NCBI GenBank assembly: GCA_050873025.1
Contig: JBNMHZ010000015.1
Location: 15-64,014, forward strand
DNA: 64,000 nucleotides
Origin: Faecalibacterium sp.
GTDB lineage: Bacteria; Bacillota; Clostridia; Oscillospirales; Ruminococcaceae
Direction of reading: 5' to 3'
Part shown: piece after piece, positions 49,846 to 58,992 of the stretch
Layout: each line of letters opens with the position of its first letter
Numbering within the stretch: the stretch's first letter is position 1
Translations under genes and position numbers: made by a program
The notes under the pieces: model-generated
The model's database searches: none
The model's input: the letters and a program-made list of their open reading frames with translations, nothing else
What the model was told of the DNA's origin: nothing

Positions 49846-50823
49846 TTAGCCTTTCACAGCACCCATTGCGATGCCCTTGGTGAAGTACTTCTGGAAAATG
49901 AGGAAGATGATGATGATGGGTACAGCGGCCAGTGCGGCACCGGCCATGATCAGGCCGAAGTCGGTGCTGTTCTCGGCCTGCAGCTTTGCAATGCCCAGAG
50001 AAATGGTCAGGTTGCTGGTGCTGGAAAGCATGATCAACTGCATGAAGTAGTCGTTCCAGCTGTTGATGAAGGTGAAGATGGCCAGTGCGCCGATGCCCGG
50101 CTTGACCATGGGCAGCACGATCTTGACGAAGGTGCGGGCCTCGCTGGCACCGTCGATGCGGGCAGCTTCCAGCATTTCGGTGGGGATGCCCTCACTGAAC
50201 TGCTTCATCAGGAACACGCCGAAGGGCCAGCCCACGATGGGGAAGATGACGGCCCAGATGGTGTTGTACAGGTTCAGGCTGCTCATTTCGCGCAGCAGGG
50301 GGATCAGGATGACCTGCTTGGGCAGAGCCATTGCGCACACGATGAGGGTGAACAGCAGCTTGCGGCCCACAAAGCGCTTCTTTGCCAGCGCATAGCCTGC
50401 CATGGCGGCGGTGATGCAGGTGAGGATCATGGACATGACGGCCATGAACACGGTGTTCACCATCCAGCGGATGGCGGCGGGCACAGTGGGGCCTACCGAG
50501 AAATAGATGGGCTCACCGTCGGCGCTGAAGTGGCTGCCGAAGGGCACGGCCAGCTGCCACAGCGGTGCGCTCTTGCCGGCAAACAGTTTCTGGTAGTTGG
50601 TCAGCACCCACTTATCCGGCCACCACACCGGGGTGGTGGAGTTGATGGCCGCACCGGTCTTGAAGGAACCGGTGATGATCCAGTACAGCGGGAAAGCGAA
50701 CAGAACCGCCATGATGCTGATGAGGATGATGGCCAGAATGGCGTAGGCACTCATTTTCTTGAGCTTGCCGGGGTGACGCTTCAACGGTTTCTGCTTTTTT
50801 GCAGCGGCTGCATTTGCACTCAT
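49846..50823 (-). CDS. Carbohydrate ABC transporter permease (sialic-acid SAT2-type locus)
   Basis: 325 aa. MalG-like, with the EAA loop EAARIDGASEARTFVKIVLP. Confidence 0.88.
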   Translation of the reverse strand: MSANAAAAKKQKPLKRHPGKLKKMSAYAILAIILISIMAVLFAFPLYWIITGSFKTGAAINSTTPVWWPDKWVLTNYQKLFAGKSAPLWQLAVPFGSHFSADGEPIYFSVGPTVPAAIRWMVNTVFMAVMSMILTCITAAMAGYALAKKRFVGRKLLFTLIVCAMALPKQVILIPLLREMSSLNLYNTIWAVIFPIVGWPFGVFLMKQFSEGIPTEMLEAARIDGASEARTFVKIVLPMVKPGIGALAIFTFINSWNDYFMQLIMLSSTSNLTISLGIAKLQAENSTDFGLIMAGAALAAVPIIIIFLIFQKYFTKGIAMGAVKG

Positions 50824-50838
50824 TGCACGGCACCTCCT

Positions 50839-51762
50839 TTAATTATCCTGGTTGCCCAGCTTGAACTGGACAGCCGACAGAATGGCGATGATGACCGCCA
50901 GCACAACGCCCATGGCGTTGCCGTAGCCGTAGCGGTACAGCTTGAAGGCGGTGTAGTAGATGTAGTACATAATGGTATCGGTGCTGTGGTTGGGGCCGCC
51001 GGAAGTCAGCAGCTGGATCAGTGCAAAGCACTGGAAAGAGTTGATGGTGGTGATGACCAGAATGTACAGGGTGGTGGGCATGATGGCGGGCCACTTGATC
51101 TTCCAGAAGCACTGGAAATCGTTGGCACCGTCCACTTCGGCGGCTTCCACGATGGACTGATCCACATTGCCCAGGGCCGAGACGTACAGCACGATGGGCT
51201 GGCCCACCGAGGTGGTGAGCAGGATCAGGGTGATGCAGCCCAGTGCAAAGCGCTCGTCACCCAGCCAGTTGATGTTTTTATCAATGAAGCCCAGGGTCTT
51301 GCCCAGGTAGTTGAAGATGCCGTAGTAGTTGTTGTACATCCACTTCCACACCACGGTAACGGCCACAGAGCCGGTGACCACGGGCAGGTAGAACACACAG
51401 CGGAACAGGCTCGTAGCCCATTCGGGCAGGTCTACGATGGCGGAGGACACCCACAGCGAGAACGCGCAGGTGACAGGCACGGAAACCACCACGATGATGA
51501 TGGTGTTTTTCAGTGCACCCAGGAAGATGGGGTCTGTGAACAGCTCTTTGTAGTTTGCAAGGCCCACAAAGATGTCGGCGCGGTTCATGGTGGAATCAAA
51601 GAAGCTGGTCACCACGCACAGGATCATGGGGTAAATGACAAAGCCCAAAAAGAAGATCAGACTGGGCAGCAGGAAGCAATAGGAAGCGAAGGTCTCGCGC
51701 CGTACCAGCGCACTGCTGCGCTTAGGCTCTTTGATCGCCGTTTTTGCAGCCAAGAGGATCAC
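50839..51762 (-). CDS. Carbohydrate ABC transporter permease
   Basis: 307 aa. MalF-like, with the EAA loop EAAEVDGANDFQCFWKIKWP. Confidence 0.88.
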   Translation of the reverse strand: MILLAAKTAIKEPKRSSALVRRETFASYCFLLPSLIFFLGFVIYPMILCVVTSFFDSTMNRADIFVGLANYKELFTDPIFLGALKNTIIIVVVSVPVTCAFSLWVSSAIVDLPEWATSLFRCVFYLPVVTGSVAVTVVWKWMYNNYYGIFNYLGKTLGFIDKNINWLGDERFALGCITLILLTTSVGQPIVLYVSALGNVDQSIVEAAEVDGANDFQCFWKIKWPAIMPTTLYILVITTINSFQCFALIQLLTSGGPNHSTDTIMYYIYYTAFKLYRYGYGNAMGVVLAVIIAILSAVQFKLGNQDN

Positions 51763-51871
51763 CGTTCCTTTCCGGTAAGTTTTTTACAAATAAAGCCCCT
51801 CCCTCGTCGGGAACTTCGAGGAAGGGGCATGGGTTCATGTCAGATTTTCTGCCCCCGGCAGAATGGATGGA

Positions 51872-53227
51872 TTATGCCTGTGCGGCAGCGTTTGCGTTGT
51901 CCACAAAGGTCTTGACGGCGGTCTCCACGTCCTCGCCGGTGCCCACACGCTGCAGCATGTTCCACCACTCGGTACGAGCCGTTGCCCAGCCCGGAGTGAT
52001 CTGGTAGTAGTCGCCCAGATAGTTCATGAATTTGCTGTACTCGCTCATGATCTCGTTGCCGGCGTAGATGTCGCCCACGCTGGAACGAACCGGGAAGTAG
52101 GTGGAAGCCAGCACGCTGTCAGCAACCTGATCGGGGTCGGCAGCGATGAAGTCGATGAATGTCTTGGCTGCTTCGATCTTGGCCTCGTCGCCGTTGTCAA
52201 AGATACCGAAGCCCCAGATGCCGCCGCACAGCTTCGGGTCGCCGCTCTCGGTGGGGAATGCCATAGGCATGATCTCGTCGCCGTCATTGGTCAGGCCGGC
52301 GTCGTTGTTGTCGGTGTTCAGCTGCTGAGCGATGTTCCAGCAGAAAGCCATCTGCAGGGTGCCGTTGCGGAACAGGGTGATCTCCTCGCCGCCGTTGATG
52401 GAAGCGTCAAAGTTGATGCCGTCGGTGTCGTACAGGGTCTGGATGGCCTTGACGTTCTCGGGGGAATCAGCGGTGTACTTAGTGTGGGCTGCATCGGTAA
52501 AGGTGCCGCCGTACATGTTGTTGATGATGGCGCGGGTGCCCTGGTCGCCGCCCTGGCCGCTGCAGTAGATGGCTGCAACGTTCTCGTAGCCGCCCTTGTA
52601 CAGTGCGTCAACGGTGTTCAGGAAGTCCTCGGTGCTCCAGGTGTGCTTGTCGGTATCGATGTACTTGTCAGCGCCCACTTCCTTGACCTTGGTCATGTTC
52701 ACGGCCATGCAGTGTGCGGTCATGCACAGGGGATACTCGTAGTAGTTGCCGGCGTCGTCCTTGCAGGCGGACTCCACAGACTCGTAGATGTCCTTCTTGG
52801 CGTCGTCGGTCCACAGATCGTTCAGCGGAGCCATAACGCCCTTTGCGCCCCAGTTTGCAACCAGACGCTCGGGACCTTCCATGACCAGATCGGGTGCGCT
52901 GCCGCCTTCAATGGCGGTGTTCACCTGGTCGTCGCCGTTGGTGTAGTCCAGATATTCCACGGTGACCTTGATGTCGGGATACTTTGCATTGAAGTTTGCA
53001 ATGATCTCCTGCACGGTCTCATCCTTGCCCCAGCCGCCGATGGGGTATGTCCACAGCTTGATGCTGGTGGAACCGCCTGCTGCAGTGGAAGCAGCGGCAG
53101 AGCTTGCGGTGGAGGAAGCTGCAGTGCTGGTGCCTGCAGAAGAGCCGCCGCATGCGGCCAGAGCGCCGGCTGCACCCAGAACGCCAGCGGCCTTCAGGAA
53201 CGAACGGCGAGAAATGCAGTTTTTCAT
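51872..53227 (-). CDS. Carbohydrate ABC transporter substrate-binding lipoprotein
   Basis: 451 aa. The signal is twin-Arg-like with a lipobox (RRSFLKAAGVLGAAGALAACGG). It belongs to binding-protein family 1. Confidence 0.85.
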   Translation of the reverse strand: MKNCISRRSFLKAAGVLGAAGALAACGGSSAGTSTAASSTASSAAASTAAGGSTSIKLWTYPIGGWGKDETVQEIIANFNAKYPDIKVTVEYLDYTNGDDQVNTAIEGGSAPDLVMEGPERLVANWGAKGVMAPLNDLWTDDAKKDIYESVESACKDDAGNYYEYPLCMTAHCMAVNMTKVKEVGADKYIDTDKHTWSTEDFLNTVDALYKGGYENVAAIYCSGQGGDQGTRAIINNMYGGTFTDAAHTKYTADSPENVKAIQTLYDTDGINFDASINGGEEITLFRNGTLQMAFCWNIAQQLNTDNNDAGLTNDGDEIMPMAFPTESGDPKLCGGIWGFGIFDNGDEAKIEAAKTFIDFIAADPDQVADSVLASTYFPVRSSVGDIYAGNEIMSEYSKFMNYLGDYYQITPGWATARTEWWNMLQRVGTGEDVETAVKTFVDNANAAAQA

Positions 53228-53694
53228 AATAGTTTCTCCTTCGCATTCAAAAATGCTTCACGTTGTTGGCGGTCTGCCGTGTCCGCAGCCGCTCTTGATG
53301 GCTCTATTATAGAAAAATATTTTCATTTTGTCCATTTGCGGGTTTCATAAATTTTCAGTGAATGCATATGCATAGTGCACAAAAGTCTGGGATATATGTT
53401 GAAATGCAAATAAAATTCTGCTTTGCGCACTTGAAATTATTACAAAATGGTACAAACCTACCATTGCAATAGTGAAAAAGATTTTCTGAATGCAAAAATG
53501 AAAATGAAAGACTTTTTCATAAAAAAGACGCTTTTTCCGCCAAAACTGTATGCTCTGCACAGAACAAAAGCGCAAAATGTGGGCAATGCGTCTCTTGCGC
53601 AGCGGAAACGATTCTTTTATACTTTTATATAGAAGGTGAATGAGACGGCGCGGCCGGTTTCGGAGCTGCCGCGCCGGAAAAGGGGAAAAGGAAA

Positions 53695-54540
53695 ATGTCT
53701 ACGAATTTTTGGGACCTGCTGCAGCAGCATCAGGGTGACCTGACAAAATCAGGCCGTACCGTGGCAGATTACCTTGTGCAGCACGCGGCGGAAGCACAGT
53801 ATCTGTCCATCTCGTCTCTGGCAAAGGAATGCCGCGTGGCAGAGGCCACGGTGTTCCGTTTCTGCCGGTCACTGGGGTTTGAAGGCTACCACGAAATGCG
53901 CATTGCGCTGGCACAGGCCAACGCCACCGGCGCACTGGTGAACCAGCGTGTGCCGGAGCCGGACGCCGACACCGCCACGTTGTGTGAGCATGCCAGTGCT
54001 TTGCTGATGACTACCATCAACGGCACACAGAACAACCTTTCGCCGCAGGCAGTGGACAAGGCTTCGGAGCTGCTGCACAAGGCCCGGCAGGTGTACTGCC
54101 TTGGTCAGGGCGGCAGCATGTACATTGCCAACGATATCTGCGCCCGGTTTGCCTGCATCTCCACCAAGTTCCGCACGGCGGGCGACAGCCATATGCAGCT
54201 CATCACCGCCAGCCTGATGACGCCGGAAGATGTGGTGCTGTTCGTTTCCTATTCCGGTGCCACCCGCGATATGCTGGAAACTCTGCGCGCAGCCAAAGCG
54301 GCGGGTGCAAAGATCATCCTGCTCACCCACTACGAGGATTCGCCCGGCGCAAAGCTGGCGGATATCGTACTGCTGTGCGGCGCGCAGGAGAGCCCGCTGG
54401 ACTCCGGCAACATCCCGGTCAAGGTGGCACTGCTGTATGTGGCCGAGGTGCTGGTGCTGCGCTATACCATGGACGACCCCGAAAACGCCAATGCGGCACA
54501 GGACCGCACCAGCGAAGCACTGGCGGTAAAAATGCTGTAA
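53695..54540 (+). CDS. MurR/RpiR-family transcriptional regulator (likely nan regulator)
   Basis: 281 aa with an N-terminal HTH (ISSLAKECRVAEATVFRFCRSLGF) and a SIS domain. It is divergent from the nan transporter operon. Confidence 0.85.
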   Translation: MSTNFWDLLQQHQGDLTKSGRTVADYLVQHAAEAQYLSISSLAKECRVAEATVFRFCRSLGFEGYHEMRIALAQANATGALVNQRVPEPDADTATLCEHASALLMTTINGTQNNLSPQAVDKASELLHKARQVYCLGQGGSMYIANDICARFACISTKFRTAGDSHMQLITASLMTPEDVVLFVSYSGATRDMLETLRAAKAAGAKIILLTHYEDSPGAKLADIVLLCGAQESPLDSGNIPVKVALLYVAEVLVLRYTMDDPENANAAQDRTSEALAVKML

Positions 54541-54736
54541 AGAAACAAACTCTGTACAAAAAGCCCTGCCGGATGCAGGGCTTTTTTGGTACGACGGATG
54601 CACAAAATTTTATTTTGATATGAATAAAACTTGCTATTGCCCCGGCGGGGTGGTATCATGGTTCATAATAGGACGTTCTATGTCAGGACGCCCGTAAACC
54701 GGACGTTTCCCGGCGGTCGTATGGGGATGAGAAGGA

Positions 54737-56668
54737 ATGACGAACAAAGAAATGCGGGCCCGGATGGAGCTTTTGAGCCAGATCTATACGGAGGTGCGGT
54801 TACTGGACGCACAGGATGTGCTGGGTCTGCAGGAGAGTGCGCCTGCCGGTGCGGAAGGGCAGCGGGCCTGTTTTGCGGGCGGGTACCGCAGCCGGATGCC
54901 GCGTTTGTGCGCGGCAAAACTGGCACTGGAGACCGGGCAAAAGCAGTGCAGGCTGGAAAAGGTGGGCACGGATGTGGCTCACATCACCGCCTGCCCCTGT
55001 GAAGTGGACGGCAGGCAGTGTGTGCTGGAACTGGTGCAGCGCACGCCGGTGCAGGACATCATTGACCCCCAGGAGGGCGAAAAGCTTATCGGCGAGGCAA
55101 CAGATTACCGCATCAAGCTGTATCGGGATGCCCTGACCGGCGTTTATAACCGCCGTTATTACGAAGAAGTGGCCCGCCGGGGCAGTGGCCCCGCCTGCGT
55201 TGCATTGATGGACCTGGACGATTTCAAGGTCTGCAACGACACTTACGGCCATCATTCCGGCGACATTGCACTGGAAACAGCGGCAAAGGTCATCCGCACC
55301 TGTATGCGTGACACCGATCTTCTGATCCGCTATGGCGGCGACGAATTTCTTTTGGTCATGCCGGGCTTCCCGGAGGTCTATCTGCCGGTGATGCTGGATA
55401 CCATCTCCGCCAGGGTGCGCGAAGCAACGGTGCCGGGCTACTCGCACCTGCACCTTTCCCTGAGCATCGGTGCGGTGATGCAGGCGGAGGGCGAGCCGAT
55501 GGAATCGGCTGTCCGTCAGGCCGACCGCATGATGTATCAGGCAAAGCTCAGCAAGGGTGCAATTGCCATCTCCAAACCCGGGGCACAGGCGGAACAGCCC
55601 AGACGGCTGCAGGAGCAGACAAAGCCGCAGATATTGATCGTGGACGATGCCGCGCTGAACCGCGCCATCCTTGCGGCGATCCTCAGCGACGATTACCGCA
55701 TTCTGGAAGCCGCTGACGGCCAGCAGGCGCTGGATCTGATGCACGAGCACAAGGGCGATGTGGCGCTGGTGCTGCTGGATATCAATATGCCGGTGCTGGA
55801 TGGCTTTGAGGTGCTCACTGCCATGAACCGCAGCCACTCCATTGAGGATGTGCCGGTCATCATGATCTCCAGCGACGACTCGGAGGATGCCGTCCGCCGC
55901 TCTTACGAGCTGGGTGCCAGCGATTATATCAGCCGTCCTTTTAATACCAAGGTGGTCTACCGCCGGGTGATGAACAATATCAAGCTGTACGCCAAGCAGC
56001 GGCGGCTGGTGCAGATGGTGTCCGACCAGATCCGCGCCTGTGAAAAGAACACCACCATGCTGGTGGGCGTTCTGAGCCAGATCGTGGAGTTCCGCAATGG
56101 CGAAAGCGGCAGTCATGTGCGGCATATCCGCATCATCACCGAGCTGCTGCTCAGCTGCGTGCTGGAACGCAGCACCGAATACCGCATCACGCCGGAAGAA
56201 CAGGATGATATCCCGCTGGCATCGGCTTTGCACGATATCGGCAAGATCGCTATTGACGAAAAGATCCTCAACAAGCCCGGCCGCCTGATTCCGGAGGAGT
56301 TTGCCATCATCAAGACCCACAGTATGCAGGGGGCCAACATGCTGCACCGGCTGGAAAACTTTGAAACGGAGCCGCTGCTGCAGACAGCCTACGAGATCGC
56401 CCGCTGGCATCACGAGCGGTGGGATGGCCGCGGCTACCCGGACGGCCTGCAGGGCAACGAGATCCCCATCAGTGCACAGATCGTTTCGCTGGCCGATGTG
56501 TATGACGCACTCACCAGTGAGCGGTGTTATAAAAAAGCGTACAGCCACGAGAAGGCCCTGCAGATGATCCTGGATGGAGAGTGCGGCAGCTTTAACCCCC
56601 TGCTGCTGCAGTGCCTGAAAGAGATCCAGGGCGAGCTGCGCTGTGAGCTGGATGCAGATTATCAATAA
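54737..56668 (+). CDS. Multidomain c-di-GMP protein: Cys-rich N-terminal domain, GGDEF, receiver (REC), HD-GYP
   Basis: 643 aa. Contains the I-site plus A-site RDTDLLIRYGGDEF. The REC domain has ILIVDD...VLLDINMPVLDG. The HD-GYP domain has HDIGKIAI and HHERWDGRGYPDGL. Confidence 0.88.
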   Translation: MTNKEMRARMELLSQIYTEVRLLDAQDVLGLQESAPAGAEGQRACFAGGYRSRMPRLCAAKLALETGQKQCRLEKVGTDVAHITACPCEVDGRQCVLELVQRTPVQDIIDPQEGEKLIGEATDYRIKLYRDALTGVYNRRYYEEVARRGSGPACVALMDLDDFKVCNDTYGHHSGDIALETAAKVIRTCMRDTDLLIRYGGDEFLLVMPGFPEVYLPVMLDTISARVREATVPGYSHLHLSLSIGAVMQAEGEPMESAVRQADRMMYQAKLSKGAIAISKPGAQAEQPRRLQEQTKPQILIVDDAALNRAILAAILSDDYRILEAADGQQALDLMHEHKGDVALVLLDINMPVLDGFEVLTAMNRSHSIEDVPVIMISSDDSEDAVRRSYELGASDYISRPFNTKVVYRRVMNNIKLYAKQRRLVQMVSDQIRACEKNTTMLVGVLSQIVEFRNGESGSHVRHIRIITELLLSCVLERSTEYRITPEEQDDIPLASALHDIGKIAIDEKILNKPGRLIPEEFAIIKTHSMQGANMLHRLENFETEPLLQTAYEIARWHHERWDGRGYPDGLQGNEIPISAQIVSLADVYDALTSERCYKKAYSHEKALQMILDGECGSFNPLLLQCLKEIQGELRCELDADYQ

Positions 56669-56787
56669 AAGGGTGACATACCGCTCTGTTTGCCCCAACG
56701 CCGACAAAACGTCATGGCCCCATAGACATTCCTACGAATTGATTCCCGCCTGCGGGCGGTCGTGCACCTTCGCCCCCTCACCACGGC

Positions 56788-56830
56788 AAAATAAAAATAA
56801 GCTCCAGCCTAAGCTGGAGCTTATTTTTAT
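56788..56830. terminator. Bidirectional Rho-independent terminator
   Basis: AAAATAAAAATAAGCTCCAGC-ctaa-GCTGGAGCTTATTTTTA. Confidence 0.8.
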
Positions 56831-56850
56831 GCCGGTGGTGGGGGTCGAAC
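56830..56850 (-). other. tRNA 3' end fragment (T-loop to discriminator): putative att core at the left end of an integrative element
   Basis: The minus strand reads TTCGACC-CCCAC-CACCGGC-A, which fits tRNA geometry (T-loop, T-stem 3' strand, acceptor 3' strand, discriminator). It is followed directly by the terminator. No matching 5' half is present. Confidence 0.5.
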
Positions 56851-56981
56851 AAACACAGACCGTTCTAGCATCCAGAATCTACCATTTTGCCGGTAAAAAT
56901 CCATTGTGTGTGCGTCATATTTGTACAGGATACAGAACGGCACAAATGAATGCTAGAGTGAAAAGCGTGTTAAAAAGTGTG

Positions 56982-58070
56982 TTATTTTTCGGGGTGCAGC
57001 AGCTTCAAAAACATATCGTTGACGGCCTGGGCGGTCTCCATGTCCTCACCGGTCAGGGCGTGGCCGTACACATCATATGTGTCCATATTCTGGCTATGGC
57101 CTACAAGGTCTTTTATTTCGCCCTCTGGCAGCTTTTTTGCCACGCTGACAAAGGTGTGCCGCAGCTCATAAGCAGAGACGTGGGGAATGTCATTGACCCG
57201 GCAGAAGATGCACCAGCGGTCATAATAGTGTTGCTCTGCCTGAATCTGGAACACGCTTTCCCCTTTGCCTGTCAGCTGCCGCTGTTGCTCCAGCACGGCG
57301 CGGGCAAGGTCTGACATGACAAAGGCACGCACGCTGCTGTCGTTCTTGCCCCGTGTCTGGGTGCCCTCTATGTTGATCGAGCGGGAAATCTGCAATGTGT
57401 TCCCGTGGACATCTGCCCAGCGCAAGCCCATCAGCTCCCCCGGACGCAGGCCAGTGAGCACTTGAAAGCGGTATGCATAAATATAAGGGTCTTTTATGCG
57501 TTTGCGGTAATAGGTGGTCGTATCGACTTGAAAGAGCTTCAAGAGGGCATCCGGCTGTAACACCTTTTTGCCTTTGTTCCGTGCCCCGGCAGGAATTTCA
57601 ACATCTTCAGGGCGAAAGGTGGTAAGCTTGCTTTTCCGGCAGTATTTCAGAAAGGCGGTCAGATCGCCGCGCAGGGATTGCAGCGTTTTTTTGCTCAAGC
57701 CGCCCGCGTGGGCACGATCTATCACGTCCTGCAAGTCCTGTTCGGTCAGGGCGGTGATTCTTTTCCTGCCGATCACGGGCAGCACCCAGATACGCCAGCG
57801 GCTTTCTACTGGCCTATAGTTCGTGTGTGAGGTGGTCAGCTCCACGGACGCAAGCCAGAGTTTGCCCGCGTCCTCCACTCTGCTGGCCTTTACGGCTATA
57901 TTATCATCTAACCAGCGGTCAGCCTTTGCATTGGCTTCCCGCTGCCCTGTGCGCCCCGGCGTGGAGCTGTAAAACTGTTTCCGCACGCCGTCTTTCTGTA
58001 CGGAGATACGCCACCGGCTGTGTTTTGCTTCCCATTGCGCGGTGTTCGTCCGCTTGCCCATGTGCTGCAC
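56982..58070 (-). CDS. Tyrosine-type site-specific integrase
   Basis: 362 aa with an N-terminal SAM-like/arm-binding region. The catalytic region has LTGLRPGE, ELRHTFVS, GHSQ and a terminal Y in DVYGH. Confidence 0.88.
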   Translation of the reverse strand: MQHMGKRTNTAQWEAKHSRWRISVQKDGVRKQFYSSTPGRTGQREANAKADRWLDDNIAVKASRVEDAGKLWLASVELTTSHTNYRPVESRWRIWVLPVIGRKRITALTEQDLQDVIDRAHAGGLSKKTLQSLRGDLTAFLKYCRKSKLTTFRPEDVEIPAGARNKGKKVLQPDALLKLFQVDTTTYYRKRIKDPYIYAYRFQVLTGLRPGELMGLRWADVHGNTLQISRSINIEGTQTRGKNDSSVRAFVMSDLARAVLEQQRQLTGKGESVFQIQAEQHYYDRWCIFCRVNDIPHVSAYELRHTFVSVAKKLPEGEIKDLVGHSQNMDTYDVYGHALTGEDMETAQAVNDMFLKLLHPEK

Positions 58071-58185
58071 CCCCTTCCTGTGTCAATGATTATAGGTCAG
58101 TGAGTTTTTCTCAAAAATCGGAAAAACCTTGACAGCTGAATTTTCAGCCACCACCCGCCGCCTGCTGTGCTCTGCGCAGTAGGCT

Positions 58186-58617
58186 TTATTTTTTATCGGG
58201 GTCTGGTTCTGCCAACTTTTGATACGCTGGAATCTGTGCAAGCTCTTTTACACGCTCTACGGCGATTCGTTGTCCATCTTCATTCATCTGATTTAATGAG
58301 TACTCTATTTTGCGTAGGTTGTCGTTTAAGGGAGTATATGCTGGAATCTCGGAATATTCTTTCCCTCCCAATGCTTGCGCCAGTGTATAAATTATTGCTT
58401 TATCTTTTTGTTCAGCTGGATAAAAGGAAAACGGTCCCTCACCTACGCCAAGTACTTCTGCAATTTTTTCCAGTATACTTGTGTTTGGCTCTCTTGCACC
58501 GCTTTCATATTGACGAATAGTAATAGTTGCAACGCCGACGGCCTTTGCAAGTTCTTCCTGTGTCATTTTCTTCTGATTTCGGAAGTGCTTTATCCATGCG
58601 CCCAGTTCTTTACTCAT
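58186..58617 (-). CDS. XRE-family HTH transcriptional regulator (repressor-like)
   Basis: 143 aa. The HTH is MTQEELAKAVGVATITIRQYESGAREP. Confidence 0.85.
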   Translation of the reverse strand: MSKELGAWIKHFRNQKKMTQEELAKAVGVATITIRQYESGAREPNTSILEKIAEVLGVGEGPFSFYPAEQKDKAIIYTLAQALGGKEYSEIPAYTPLNDNLRKIEYSLNQMNEDGQRIAVERVKELAQIPAYQKLAEPDPDKK

Positions 58618-58767
58618 GAAAACGCCCCCTTAAAAAGCAGTATACCATGAATATGTTCCCGATTCAAATGGATTCAGAAAAAACATATAAAAAATCGTTA
58701 CAAAACTATTGATAGATTCAAATAGATTCACTACAATGGATTCAAACCGATTCAGGAGGTGAACAAA

Positions 58768-58992
58768 ATGAGATTCGATACACAGAAAGCAAAGTGTGCG
58801 CTCATCTGTACAGGCAAGACACAGATTCAGCTTGCACAGGAAATGACGCTTTCCCATCCGTGTCTGAGTAAGGCAATGAACGGCGGAAGTGTCAACACTA
58901 ACACGGCAAAGCGCATTGCCGCCGCGCTGGGTGTATCTGCGGTCGGTGCTACCTTTAATAAGGAGGACTCCAACGATGAAGATGATGAGTAA
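58768..58992 (+). CDS. Small HTH (Cro/XRE-like) protein
   Basis: The ATG at 58768 follows AGGAGG. 74 aa with the HTH TQIQLAQEMTLSHPCLSKAMNG. It is divergent from the XRE gene. Confidence 0.6.
   Translation: MRFDTQKAKCALICTGKTQIQLAQEMTLSHPCLSKAMNGGSVNTNTAKRIAAALGVSAVGATFNKEDSNDEDDE

Noticed and set aside
56830-56905. A complete minus-strand tRNA gene next to the integrase.
   Set aside because: Only the last 20 nt fit tRNA geometry. The T-stem 5' strand, the anticodon arm and the acceptor 5' strand are absent.
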